A DNA stretch of 63,088 bases, the filler included, from Thelocarpon superellum (taxonomy: Eukaryota): the NCBI GenBank assembly GCA_026025795.1. It is 4 parts of 4 records of this genome, joined end to end, with 100 filler letters (N's around TTAATTAATTAA, not from the genome) between each part and the next. Parts side by side here need not be neighbours in the genome. Positions count along the whole stretch, not along the records: positions 15,810 to 31,517 come from JAPEUG010000405.1; positions 31,618 to 47,324 come from JAPEUG010000406.1; 2 more parts are not named here. One strand, 5' to 3'. A model generated the notes under the pieces. It worked only from the letters and a program-made list of their open reading frames with translations, had not been told where the DNA came from and searched no databases. Positions 23,272 through 34,666 of this stretch are shown here, piece by piece (the stretch's first letter is position 1; every line of letters starts with the position of its first letter). The translations under genes were made by a program, and so were the position numbers.

Positions 23272-26127
23272 ATGTCCTACTCTAGGTTCCACGACGAGTC
23301 CGCCGGCGGTGGCTATCGACCGCGGCCGCTGCCGCGTGAAACGGACCACCACGGCCAGATGTACGACGATCGACCTCCACCGCCGCAGGTCGGCGACCGC
23401 CACGCCGGCGACCGCCACGCCGGCGACCGCTCTCGACGCAGCGCACCCTCACCGAGGCGACGCTCTCCGCCGCATGGTAAACGAGATGGATAGGGCCGTC
23501 CAGGGATGCATGCATCAGCTGACAGACGCCGTGGAAGACCACCTACAGGTTGCGCCGCGTGGTCTAGGCGCAAGTCGGTCGAGCCTTGATCCTCGACGAG
23601 ACGCGGAGCGACGGCGTGACCGGGGCGATCTCCGACGTGATCGATCACCGTCGTCGCCCCCGTCCCACCCGCGCGCCTACCGCGACCGAGATCGAGAAGG
23701 ATATCGGTCGCCGGACAACGATCACGGTCGCAGTCGCAGCCGCAGCCGCAGCCGCAGCCGCAGCCGGAGTCGGAGTCGGAGTCGACCTGGCCCACGCGGC
23801 CGGTCTCCCTACTATGGCGGCGCGGCCAGCCGCGATGTGATCATGGAAGGACTCCTCGAGCGGACGAGGGAAGAAGACGTTGGACACCACCCTCCCTGCC
23901 CACCGGCTCTGATGGCCATCGTCATTCCATGACAGCTCAAGTGAGATGCGCCATCGACGTGGGATCCTGGCTAAGGCGTAGGAATGCGGCCGCATGGCCC
24001 TTGGCTGGACGCAGATCGATGCAACGTTGAAGCAAGACTACGATGTTCCCGGCCTCGAGAGCGTGCGCGTCATCAAGGACCGCCAGACGGGTGAGGCGCA
24101 GGGCGACTCCGTTGGTGTGCCGTGCAATGCGCTGACGTCCCATCCCCTTCTAGGCGCGTCGCGGCGCTTTGGCTTCTTACATTTCCGCTCGCCGGACGAC
24201 GCCAAGGCGTTCCTGCAGCAGACCTACCCTTCGTTTCCCATGCGTGCAGGCGGGACGGCTGATGATCCGAAAGAACGCTCGACCCGCGTGCGCGTATCCT
24301 TCTGCCGGGAAAAGAACGAGCGTGACCGCCCGGGGGTGCCGGAGGCCGACTGGACCTGTCCGATGGTAGGGGATGCGATTCCCTCGCGCACGCAGCTGGC
24401 TCATGGGATCAAGTGCTCCTTTCCCAACTACGCCCGTCGCCTGGAATGCCACCGATGTCTGGCGGCACGAGATGGTATGCGCCAGACCGTACTTGACACC
24501 ATAGGTCCACGGCTGATCTTGATCTTGATCTGCTAGATAACGTGCTGGCCAACCCGCAAGCCGCCGCCGTCTTTCGCAACACGGGCGATAGCGACGTGTC
24601 TCCCGACGGACGCGCTTCACAGTTCCTTTTATTCCGCGGCTTGGAAGGCACGGTGACAGAAGAGCTGTTTGCCAAAGGCGTGAGCAAGCTGTACAAGACG
24701 TCGGGCAGTACCTCTCCCTCACGAGGCGGCCCTAGGAAAGCCACGGCCAAGGTGACGTCGACCACGGCAGATAGCAACTTCGGTGCCAAGCCCGGGAGTC
24801 TGCAACGCGTGTTGCTGGTTCGAGATCGACAGACGGCCGAGAGTTGGAGGTTTGGCTTTGCAGAGTTTGCCACTTCCGAGGTACAGATGCCGCTGTGCCT
24901 AGAGAGAGGCTGGCTGACGACCTGCAGGACGCGCAAGCGGCGCTCTCCAAGTTCAACATGCTGGAGAAATTCACCATCTCCTCCAAGCCCGTCATGCTCA
25001 GCTTCATCCACGCCGGCGTCTTTGTGCCGGCGTACAACTATCCCCCGGAGTTTGACGGATTCACCTTTCGTCCGCTGAACAACGCGTCGATGCAGTTGGT
25101 GTATTGGGATGAACAGGCCTATGTTGGCGAACTGAAGGTGTTTGACCATGCGTCTGAGGGAGAGGGGAGCGTGGCGACGGCCAAGGGGCCCATGGAGACG
25201 GAGGGAAAGGTCAAGAAGCGGAAGGCGGAGAGTGGCGACGCAGCCAGCAACAAAAAGGTACACCTCATCCACAGCACACTGCACCACGCTGCAACTTGGC
25301 TCCTCTGATCTGTACAGGCCGTCCCCGCGCATCTGGATTTCTGGCGCAATCGACATGCGGAACTGCACGGCATCAAAGTGGACAAGGGTCACGCGGACAC
25401 GACTCCGGCGCTCGACAAGAAGGAGAGGGCAAAGACGGAGGTTCACCTGACGGCCAAAGCAGCACCCGCAGCATCCTCCTCCGCCTCTGCAGGCACGGTA
25501 GCCTACGCCGACCCCGTACGAAAATGCTGTCTGTTGTGCTCACGCCAATTCAAGAGCGACGAGGAAGTTGAGAAGCACAACCGCGCCAGCAAGCTCCACC
25601 GCACGAACCTGGGCAACGCGGAGCTGGTGGCGCAAGCCCGGGCCAAAGTCACCAAAGCGCACGCCGACGCCGCTGCCAATTCGGCTGAATACCGAGACAG
25701 GGCCAGCGAGCGCCGGCGCGCGTTCAACCAGCCTAAGAAGCCTACCCCGTCGTCGTCGGCCTCCACCACGGCTCCACCTACCTCCACCACCGGGGCGGAC
25801 ACCGACGCAGCCAACACGCGCCCGGACGCGCCGCCTTCATCCGATGCGCCCCGGCCAGATACCACGGCCAGCGGAGGTAAAGGAGCCGCGCTCCTTGGCA
25901 AAATGGGATGGAGCACCGGCTCAGGCCTTGGCGTGTCCGGGAGCGGCATCGTTGCACCACTGTCCACAGACCTGTACGTCCAAGGCGTCGGGCTCGGCGC
26001 GCAGGGGGGCAAAGTCGGCGACGCGGCGAAGGAAGCGGCCCGCAAGACTCGCGGCACCTTTGACGCCTTCTCGGATCGCGCGCGGGAAGTCACCAAGGAG
26101 AGGTTTGAGCGGTCAGGAGGGGAATAG
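23272..26127 (+). CDS. RBM5/RBM10-like splicing regulator (RS region, RRM, RanBP2 zinc finger, RRM, C2H2, G-patch), multi-exon
   Basis: RSRSRS tract, VRVIKDRQTG|ASRRFGFLHF, DWTCPM|CSFPNYARRLECHRC, CLLCSRQF...HNRASKLH, YRDRASERRR, KGAALLGKMGWSTGSGLG. Confidence 0.9.
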
Positions 26128-26265
26128 GGCGTGGTCGACGAGGCTGACGATGACCCTGAATCCGATGCACGGTGCGTCTCACTCTCTACCTGAATTGAAC
26201 GCAATGGAAGTGAATGGTATGTAATTGGACGTAAAGCCAAGTGAAATCCGGTCAAGATCCCTCCC

Positions 26266-27135
26266 TCACCAATCCCACTCTCCCGTCGCCATGGCTTTGA
26301 GATACCGGCTGACAGACATCAACTGACAGTTCACGTCGAGTCCTTCTGCCTTCTTGAGGACGTTCCTCAAACACCTCTGCGCCCTCGTCTCCGCGCCCAT
26401 AAACCAGGCAAAAGGGTAGGTGGAACGCATGGGAAAGGTGAAGGTCAGGGCATACGACGCCGTGCTGTCGTCATCGCTGAAGTTACACCCGCCGGGAAAG
26501 GTCATCATACACCCGTTCTCGGCCGCGTTGTCGCCGATCAGCTCGTTGTACACGCGCAAGCCGCACACGCCCCGGTCCAGTCCTTGCTGTAGCTCTGCCT
26601 CGACCACCACCGTCACCAGCGTCGAGAGGCCCAGCACGTTCCACAGCGCACATTTGCCGCCGGTGGCCCCGTCATTGATGGGTATCAGCTCGGATGGGGA
26701 GGTGGCGGTGATGTTGCTGCTGCTGCTGCTGTTGCCAAGTTGCGGGATGGCCTGCGCCAGCTCCGACGCCGCCTCCGCCGCGATCCGCGTCATCGTTGCG
26801 ACGGAGATCTGGGTCGGGCTCGGTGTGTCGGGCTTGGACTGTGTCGCGTCGTCGCCGTCGCCGTTGGTGGCGTTGGTGTTGGTGGGTGGCGTCGAATTGG
26901 TGGACGCAGCGCCCATCACGTACGACTCGTTGATCTTGACTTGGTCTTCACGTCGTCGTATCAGGTCCGGCAGCCCGCGCTTTATGAGTGAGGATGAGGA
27001 CGAGAGGAGGGATGGTGATGCGTCGGATTGGAAGGGGATGGCGCCTGTTTGGAGCACGAGCAGGCAGAGGCTGAGACAGAGGCTGAGACACAGCCGCGTT
27101 CCTTGCTGTTGCCCGAACATCCTCGAGGGTTGCAT
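26266..27135 (-). CDS. Putative secreted Cys-containing protein of unknown function
   Basis: Intronless ORF; signal-like LCLSLCLSLCLLVLQTGA, dibasic KR/RRR sites, several N-x-S/T sites, Cys-containing C-terminal domain. Confidence 0.6.
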   Translation of the reverse strand: MQPSRMFGQQQGTRLCLSLCLSLCLLVLQTGAIPFQSDASPSLLSSSSSLIKRGLPDLIRRREDQVKINESYVMGAASTNSTPPTNTNATNGDGDDATQSKPDTPSPTQISVATMTRIAAEAASELAQAIPQLGNSSSSSNITATSPSELIPINDGATGGKCALWNVLGLSTLVTVVVEAELQQGLDRGVCGLRVYNELIGDNAAENGCMMTFPGGCNFSDDDSTASYALTFTFPMRSTYPFAWFMGAETRAQRCLRNVLKKAEGLDVNCQLMSVSRYLKAMATGEWDW

Positions 27136-27894
27136 CTTGATTGTGTCGTGCTGTGTCGTGTGTCGTGCCGTTGTGCCGTCGTATTCCGGTCCCCTCCTCC
27201 CTCCTCTCTCCTTCTCTCTGCGTTGCCCACTGCGAATCAAGTCGACCCAGGGGTCTTTCCACACGTGTATAAGAACCCGACACCACGTTACCACCCCGGT
27301 GTGGGAAGAAGCAAGACGATCATAACCGCGCGGGTGAGAGGACCATGAGCAATATAAACGACCAGCTGCGACTGTCAGCACGCACCATACCCAAAACTCT
27401 ATCCATCACCACCACCACCACCATCGCCAGGGATACTGGTGAGGGGAAAAGGACTGACTGAAGTCAACCAAAGCACGTGCCCATGCACACGCGTACGTAC
27501 ACGCGCAAGGTAGAAGATCCGGCCACCCACGCGGTCCGATGGTGCCAAAGACATCACACTGGACGTAGACCGCAGCCGTTCGTACAGGTACATCGCGTTG
27601 CTCTCGCTGCTGCGCCATCACGGTCTGTGCGTTGAGTAGTAGGGTTATGAGAGATTCTCACGCCATGCCATTGTCGTGGACAACCCCAAGAGTCCAAGCG
27701 GGGGAGGATTCGTATCCTTGCACGCGCTCCCGCCTCCGAGTCCACTCATCGAGCTGTCGCGTTCATACCGAGCGCTTTTCCTTTTAGCTCATCGATAGCT
27801 GGGTGATGGATGGCGTCATAGCGTGTTTCACCGCGCCTTTGGAGGTTTCTGCTCGTGTGCATGCATATCAGAGGGTAGCCCCGAAGACGAGCAC

Positions 27895-28084
27895 AGCTAA
27901 TGGGGGCTCCCCTGTTTCTTCGGCTGATCTAATGGGTCTTCCGCCGTTTACCGGGCCGATCTTATGGGGGCTCCTCCGTTTACTCGGCAGATCTAATGGG
28001 GGGTCCCCCATTGAGTAGGCAGATATGAAAGAGGCTCCTCCGTTTATCGAGCGAATTTATGGAGGGCCCCCAATTCACGGACAA
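27895..28084. repeat. Degenerate 32-bp minisatellite, about 6 copies
   Basis: Units start at 27926, 27958, 27990, 28022 (exact 32-nt period); consensus about GATCTAATGGGGGCTCCTCCGTTTACTCGGCA. Confidence 0.85.
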
Positions 28085-28545
28085 GATATTCTCGAGTACT
28101 TTCTATCACATCAGCGCCGGAGGTGGGAAGCGCACTCTTGCCCGGCGGTGGTGACCGACTGCGCCTGCTGTAGTCCAGCATGATCGTGATGGAGACGTGA
28201 CATGCATTACTTCGTCTACGTATCTGAAACGAAGGCTCGCAGTGGCTGATGCTACACGGTTGATGATCCTTTGTGAAGCTGGTCCAATCGAGAAGATACG
28301 TCAAGCTCGTTTCCGACAGGTTGTGCGATAAGTTCAGACGCTATGCTATGGTGCAGACATGACAACTAAAAGATGGTCCATGCGTTCATCCTTAATCGAT
28401 CTTTTGCTCGTCCCGGCTTGACATCCCCGTCTATAGATCCGGGCCCCTTTCGAACAGCTCTTCCGTCTGGTGGTCATTGGAGCATTGATGCCCTGAGCCG
28501 TATACGCCGCATGGATCATGCCAACGTGCAAAGCGCAACCATCGC

Positions 28546-30185
28546 CTACAGATAACGACTCCGGAGCGCCTGGCTGATTGTACTCATCCGACTTGCCACG
28601 CTTCCTCCTTGCATATTGCTCAAGAGAGCTTCTTCCAAGGCCGATTGCGTGACGCTTGCGTCTAAGGCAGGGCATGGTCAGTTGGTAGACGGGCGATGAA
28701 GAGACGGAAGAGCAGAAGGGCAAACGGCACGCACCGTCTAAATCACTGAAGCTGCTGCCCATGCTCGGGGTACCGTCACTTCCCACTCTGCCGACTCCTC
28801 GGCGACGTGGACTCATGCTGGCGATTTCCGCCGCCGCTCGACGTTGACTCGCCGATCCATGATGCACGTGTGGCCGCGGATTGGGCCCGGCTTGTGAGCT
28901 GCCAGAGCTGGCCGACGACTGGCCCGTGGGCGATTGCGCGCTCTTGTGAGACGGTCGGGATGGGTGGGATGCCGGATGTTTGCCTTTCCCTGGTCCGGCC
29001 CAGCCCCCGTCGGCGGTGACGACGCGCGCCCCCCCCTGCGCAGCATCATTGCGCACAGTTGAAAAGGGCAGAAAAGCCGGGGTTTCGTCCTCGTCTTCTT
29101 CTTCATCCTCTTCGTCATTTGTGTCCATCCCCTTGACCGCTTTGGCAGATGCAAATCGAGCAGGTCGTCGTAGTACTTGACTCGTTCGTGTCTGTCGGTC
29201 CGATGTAGAGCCTTCGGAAGATGCGGAGCTGTTTAGTCTCGCCTCCGCAGGCTCCACGGTTGCAGGCACGCCGTCATCTGCCGCCCCCGATGCGCCCTGT
29301 CGTGGAGATGGATCAGTGTCCTCGGACCCTGTGGGAGTGTTCCGATGTCGGAAGCTGCTGGTGCGGCCCGGTCGTGATGCCACGATGGTCCTGCTCTGTG
29401 CCACGGTGTTGGTGGAAGAGGTCCGAGAGGTCGGCGGACCTGAACATCCCATTCTCAGTCACCTTCCCCGCCGCATCACACGTGCACACTCACGGGTCGG
29501 TTTCGGGGAGGCGGGTCGAGGTCCCTCCTCCTTTGCCACCACCGAATTGCTCTTGGGACGACTCGACAAGGAGCTTGGACCTGAGGCGGTGAGCCGGGTA
29601 GATCAACACATCTGCTTCCGCTGACGGGTACTTACCCGCGCCCCCACTGGGGCCTCGTCGCATGGACTGCGCCCCGGTTGCACTCCCCGACGACGAGCCC
29701 GGGACGGGCGACGGACTGGACGAAGCATTCAGATTCCCCACCCGTCGCATCTGTGCGCGCACTTGCGACAGCTGGCGCTCGTACAGCCAGGCGGCCTGCT
29801 GGAGCAAGAAGGGAAGCGAAACGTCAAACTGGTCGGCCCTATGACGCAGGTGAGCCCGCGTCCTGCTTGAGACGGCATGCGCTCCTACAGTTCCTGCCCT
29901 ACGTCACGTCAGACGAACGTCGCGGACGTGACCATGGTGACGCTCACAGTTGATCAGATTCCCCCCGGAGACCTGCGAGAGAATCTGCCAGAGCTTACGC
30001 TCCTTCCCCGCATCCCAGTCGACTTGCGGGGGATCGACAAAGTCGTGTCGAGGAAAGGGAAGGCGCACCAGGACGGTGTAACGCACGTTGCCCGTGGGCG
30101 CCGCGGACCCTGCGGCGGTAGACGGGGGGGGTCGTGATGGATGCGAGGTTGATGTTCTTCCATGAGAGGAGGAATGGCGAGACAT
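28546..30185 (-). CDS. ATG29: Autophagy-related protein 29, multi-exon with a 10-nt microexon (29889-29898)
   Basis: YTVLVRLPFPRHDFVDPPQVDWD, INWQELADQFDVSLPFLLQQAAWLYERQLSQVRAQM, C-terminal SMGSSFSDLDDASVTQSALEEALLS...SRYL*. Confidence 0.9.
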
Positions 30186-30590
30186 CTTGGGTCATGTGCA
30201 TGGGAGTATACTGATGATGGATCTATCGGAGTGCTCCCTAACCAGCCGAGCTTGATGTATGTTTGAGCAAGGTCATCTCAAGTTCATCCGCGTGCTCATC
30301 CGTAAAGCTGCTGGCTGCTGCTGCTGGCCGCTGCTGCGTGTCCGCGTGCCTGACCAGAAGAATGCCCGAACGAGCATAGCGGTTTGACGGTGGCTTGCTT
30401 GGGCCGAGGATGACAGCGACAAGCCAGGTTGCTCTCCATTTATCCTGACCGAGTGTATCAATATCTTACATCGATCCTCTACGACACTGAATCCTGTCAC
30501 TAGTCCTATAGAAATCCGCTCCTAAATTTAGAAAAAAACGCAAGTTTGCCATAACCTGAATGTAGTATTCAGATCGCCCAAAAATAATGG

Positions 30591-30734
30591 GGCTCCGCCC
30601 AGGATTCGAACTGTGATCTTCTCTCAATAACGAGCGAGGCGACATGCAGACGATATTTTACTAACCTTGGGACCTCTCGCAGATCTGTTTAGGGTGGGCC
30701 CTAAGCGAGAATCATACCGCTAGACCAACGGAGC
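30591..30734 (-). tRNA. tRNA-Pro-AGG: tRNA-Pro(AGG) with canonical 17-nt intron (30682-30698) and a 55-nt GT-AG insert in the T-arm (30611-30665)
   Basis: Removing both inserts gives 72 nt: GCTCCGT TG GTCTAGCGGTATGA T TCTCGC TTAGGGT GCGAGA GGTC CCAAG TTCGAAT CCTGG GCGGAGC C; T5 terminator at 30580-30584. Confidence 0.85.
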
Positions 30735-31517
30735 TGATGGAAAGATAAAGGCTTAATATAATCTATGAACTATTGCAAGTATCGACTGACTTTTTAGTGA
30801 TGACGGGGAATCTACAAGGGCAGTGGTAATCAGTAGGGAGAGTCGTTGCACGCCGACCAGTGCGAAGACGGGTAAGGGAAACGGGTGTGGTCAATGAAAG
30901 AATGGCAAACGCCGCATTGACCCAAGGCCTAGACCGCCCGCCGGGACATTGACCCTGTGCTTCACGCGTCGATGATTGCAACTGCCAAGTCTAGCAGGCG
31001 AGTCGCAGGCGTGGGAGTGGCGGTGGTTCGATTTTGAAAAGATCCGTCCTCGGGGTACAGGGTGTGCAGATAGCTCAGCACATGCACATCAACGCTGCCT
31101 AAGGCAATGCACTGGGCAGCGTAGTCTCGGTAAGTACTTGTAGCGCTGGTCAGAGGCAAGGTAGGGTCGGACTTCGCGGTGGGAGAGGCGTGGCCGGCAT
31201 GTCTGCAGGGTCATGCACGCCATCAAGACGCAGTCGGCGACGCCCACGACCATTCATCGCACCCTGCGCCTGCACGATGGTCGACGTGGCCACGGCCATT
31301 GGGCCCAGTCGGCGCGACATCAGATAAGCTGGTCCCCATCGAAAGGGCCCCCGCCCGATCAGCAGCGCACTCTGCTCGCTCCGTTCCTTGTGCTCGCTAC
31401 CACCGATCGATGCCGCGGCGGGACAAGCGAGGGAGGCTGCCGCAGAAGCGACGTACCAGCTGCTGGTGTTCCTTGGGTCGGTACGAGTGACTCTGCGGCG
31501 GACGGGCTACTCCTCCT

Positions 31518-31617
31518 NNNNNNNNNNNNNNNNNNNNNNNNNNNNNNNNNNNNNNNNNNNNTTAATTAATTAANNNNNNNNNNNNNNNNNNNNNNNNNNN
31601 NNNNNNNNNNNNNNNNN
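31518..31617. other. Artificial contig linker
   Basis: N44-TTAATTAATTAA-N44. Confidence 0.98.
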
Positions 31618-32114
31618 CTAGGCCTGGGCGCTCCGACGGCTCCGCGTCGATGAGGCGGCGTGCGACGGACTCCGCGTTCTCGCCCTGGCGCAGGCGGTGG
31701 AGAATGTCATCGCCGCCACGCTCCGCGGTCAGCGCCCCAATCACCGTGGCATAGGCGGCGCTTTCCGCGCGGAGATGCTCGATCTCACTCAACATACGCT
31801 CCTTGGCCGTCTTCAAATGCACCTCGTACACGCACGCCGCAGGATCCCGGGTGGCGCATCGTGAGCAGGGCCTTCGGCCATCGCACTATTCGTCGTCGGG
31901 GGTGAACATCGGTCTACGGCACGGGTCGGCGATGGCAGGGCGGGCGCGCGGGACTGACCTTGGTCTTCCGGCGCTTGCATGCGGTGCAGGCGACTGGCGT
32001 TAGGTGAGGTGGTGGTCGTGATCGCTTCCCCCACGGTCGCCCCACACCATCGGCTGCGGTGGGAGGGTCCGGCTCAGCCTCAGATCGGGACGCCGCATCG
32101 GACGGCGTGGCCAT
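31618..32114 (-). CDS. Zn(II)2Cys6 transcription factor, 5' part only (cut by contig edge); intron 31886-31958
   Basis: ACTACKRRKTK|CDGRRPCSRCATRDPAACVY followed by a coiled coil and DILHRLRQGE. Confidence 0.9.
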
Positions 32115-33683
32115 GGGACGGGGAGGCCCGAGGGAGGTTGCGTCGCCGCGCCGTGGATCGTGCGCGATGAGGCCGGGGCCGCCCGATGCTGCTTCGTCCC
32201 TTGGGAAAGGATCCCGTCATCGGCGTGATGGCAATTCGTCAACAAGCACGGAGTTTGAGAATGAGACTCGGAGATTTGCGTGGGATCGCCGTCACCGGGA
32301 AACCGTAGCCGGACCGGGCTAGACCAGGGCCTGACAAAGGCACGTAATCACGGAAGCGATCCCCGCTTAGGCGGGAAACGCTGCAGATCGCAAACCAGGG
32401 TCCAGCATCTTGGCGGCACTCACGCATCCACGTCGGCAGACCGAGGGAGAAAGGAGGACTAAAACGGGCGACCGTTGGTCCGTCATGATCCAACACCTAG
32501 TGGTGGTCCAGAATCAAGAGCCGACTCTGCCCATCTAGGGAATGCCGTGTCACGTTGCACGGTGTCTATCTCGACAGGAAGACAACGTGAAAATCACGAG
32601 GCCGCAGATCCGTCGAAACGAGAGGCAGTCCAGGTTGAAAACGCTAGCGAGCGAGAGACACAAGCATGCCCGTTACTCACGAATCTCCCGCCAGAAGGAA
32701 AACACGTACTACGACGGACACAGACACCACATCCAGGGTATCTACAGTTTCCAAACGCTGTTGTTGTCAGTTTTCTCTTGGCCGAATTGCGGACGCTGTG
32801 GTGGACTCGAGAACCTAGAATCCAACCCGAGGCAGTGGAGTCCAGTTCAACAAGCGGAGGCCGCTGCGAGTCTTTGCATGACTCGAAGAGCAATCATACC
32901 AAGTGCGCGACCGGTCTTTCCGCTTGGGCGGTTGGGTCAGGGGCACGCTCGATAGACTCTCGCCCGCATTTTCTGCACGTCGGAGTGGTGACGAAACATT
33001 CTACTTCGTCGAGCAAGTCGTGACGAGCGCAGTGCGTTGGCGTTGGCGTTGGCGTTGGCGACCCACAACGCGCATTTCAACATGGCGCTCGAAGCATGTT
33101 CACCATGGCTCCATCTGGGTGTTACGTTTCTGAACGAGTCGTCATGACTCAGAGCCAGGCACCCGACAGGCTCCCGACAGGCCAAATGGCATCATCGGCC
33201 TTCCTCTGGGGCTACTCCGGCCGCCGTTAGCGACGTCGGTCTGACACAGTGACCGATGTTCGGCGGAGAATGCCGCTTCATGTGGTCACACGGCTAGTGA
33301 CACGCATCAACAGGCTCGTGTGCGACGGTTCCCCTGCCTACCACTGCGTCGAGGCCATTTAAGCCCAAGTGGCTCAGCGTGGAAACCAATCGGATCAAGT
33401 CTGCAGGGAGTCGGTCGTGATTTGGACCAGAATTGACGACACTTAGAATGGTGATGGCATCGTCATCTTGACCTCATGATGGCGTACTCGACATCAAACG
33501 TAATGATGATGTTTACCCGTAACGCGTTGGAGACGCTGTCAGGAACGTCTATAAGAAGCCTCTCGATTCCACTCCTCTCTCTACACTCCATCCATCATTT
33601 CAACCCACGCTTTATCAAACCCCTGTTCAATTTTCAGTCTTCGAAATCCACACACACCTATAATCACCATACACTCGATCACC

Positions 33684-33971
33684 ATGTCATCTACGGGTAA
33701 CACCAATCCGGGCAACTTTGCCAACCGTCCCAAGGAAGAGGTTCGGGACATTGCCAGCAAAGGCGGCCAGTCCAGTACTGGTGGGGGGTTTGCGTCCATG
33801 GACTCGGACAAGCAGGTATGGTTAGACTCAAAGGTATTCGCTCAAGCGTCAGCTAATCGGGTCTGTCAGCGTGAGATTGCTTCGCAGGGGGGAAAAGCCT
33901 CCGGTGGCTCATTCGAGCCAGGAAGTGAGCGGGCGAAAGAAGCAGGAAAAAAGGGCGGGTCGGCCAGCTAA
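33684..33971 (+). CDS. con-10: Conidiation/stress protein Con-10 (KGG repeat); intron 33816-33869
   Basis: NPGNFANRPKEEVRDIASKGG...FASMDSDKQ|REIASQGGKASGGSFEPGSERAKEAGKKGG. Confidence 0.93.
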   Translation: MSSTGNTNPGNFANRPKEEVRDIASKGGQSSTGGGFASMDSDKQVWLDSKVFAQASANRVCQREIASQGGKASGGSFEPGSERAKEAGKKGGSAS

Positions 33972-34666
33972 GGGTCCGAGTAAAGAAGGAAAACTAGCCA
34001 TCAGCTCCAGTCAAGACAACACCACAAGAGTAGCGAAGTGGGAGGAGGGACTGGCAAAGTAGTAGGAACCAATTACCATTTATCTTGCTATCGTATGACG
34101 TGCGATGGATGGAAAGAGTGATGTAATAGACGGAAATGTATCAGTCTACAGTTCTCGACATCTACGCTCCTTGAAACAACTCCGACTGAGAATGCTGTAG
34201 TGAATTTGATCGTTAGATCATGGACGATAACGATAGAGTGAGTCGGTAAGTCAAGCGTAGTGGCAACCTTATTGGATTGAATGAAGCTCATTATAGGATG
34301 CGGGATTCTACTATCATTTCTTCAACATGATTCGAATTCGAAAGTCACAAACTTCCGGTCCTCGAGTCGGCGATGACATAATCCGACACAGCCGACTACG
34401 GGTGATCAGATCCACGGCCCGCGCATTCGCGAAGAAACCACTAGCAGTCTGGCCAGAGAGCTCGAGCAGACGGCCGCACAAGGCGCCGCGAGAGTGTTGC
34501 TGCACATCAAGGAAACAAGGTTGTGAGGAGAGCAGGAGCGAACTCGACCACAGGGATTGGCCAGTGTCGAAGCCTTTGGCCTGGTGCCAGCCACCTGCAC
34601 AACCCATTCTAGCACAACTATAGCCACCTTTCACGACTGTCGTTTCGAAAGTAACGCTTGGGCAAG

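Noticed and set aside
27895..28084. Regularly spaced repeats as a CRISPR-like array
   Set aside because: Units abut with no unique spacers; eukaryotic context; no cas genes
30688..30705. TTAGGG/CCCTAA telomere-like motifs
   Set aside because: They are the Pro anticodon loop and its complementary intron segment
33816..33869. Apparent in-frame insertions in Con-10, the NAT2-like protein, eIF2A and the Gly-rich protein in the ORF track
   Set aside because: They are stop-free 3n GT-AG introns with branch sites
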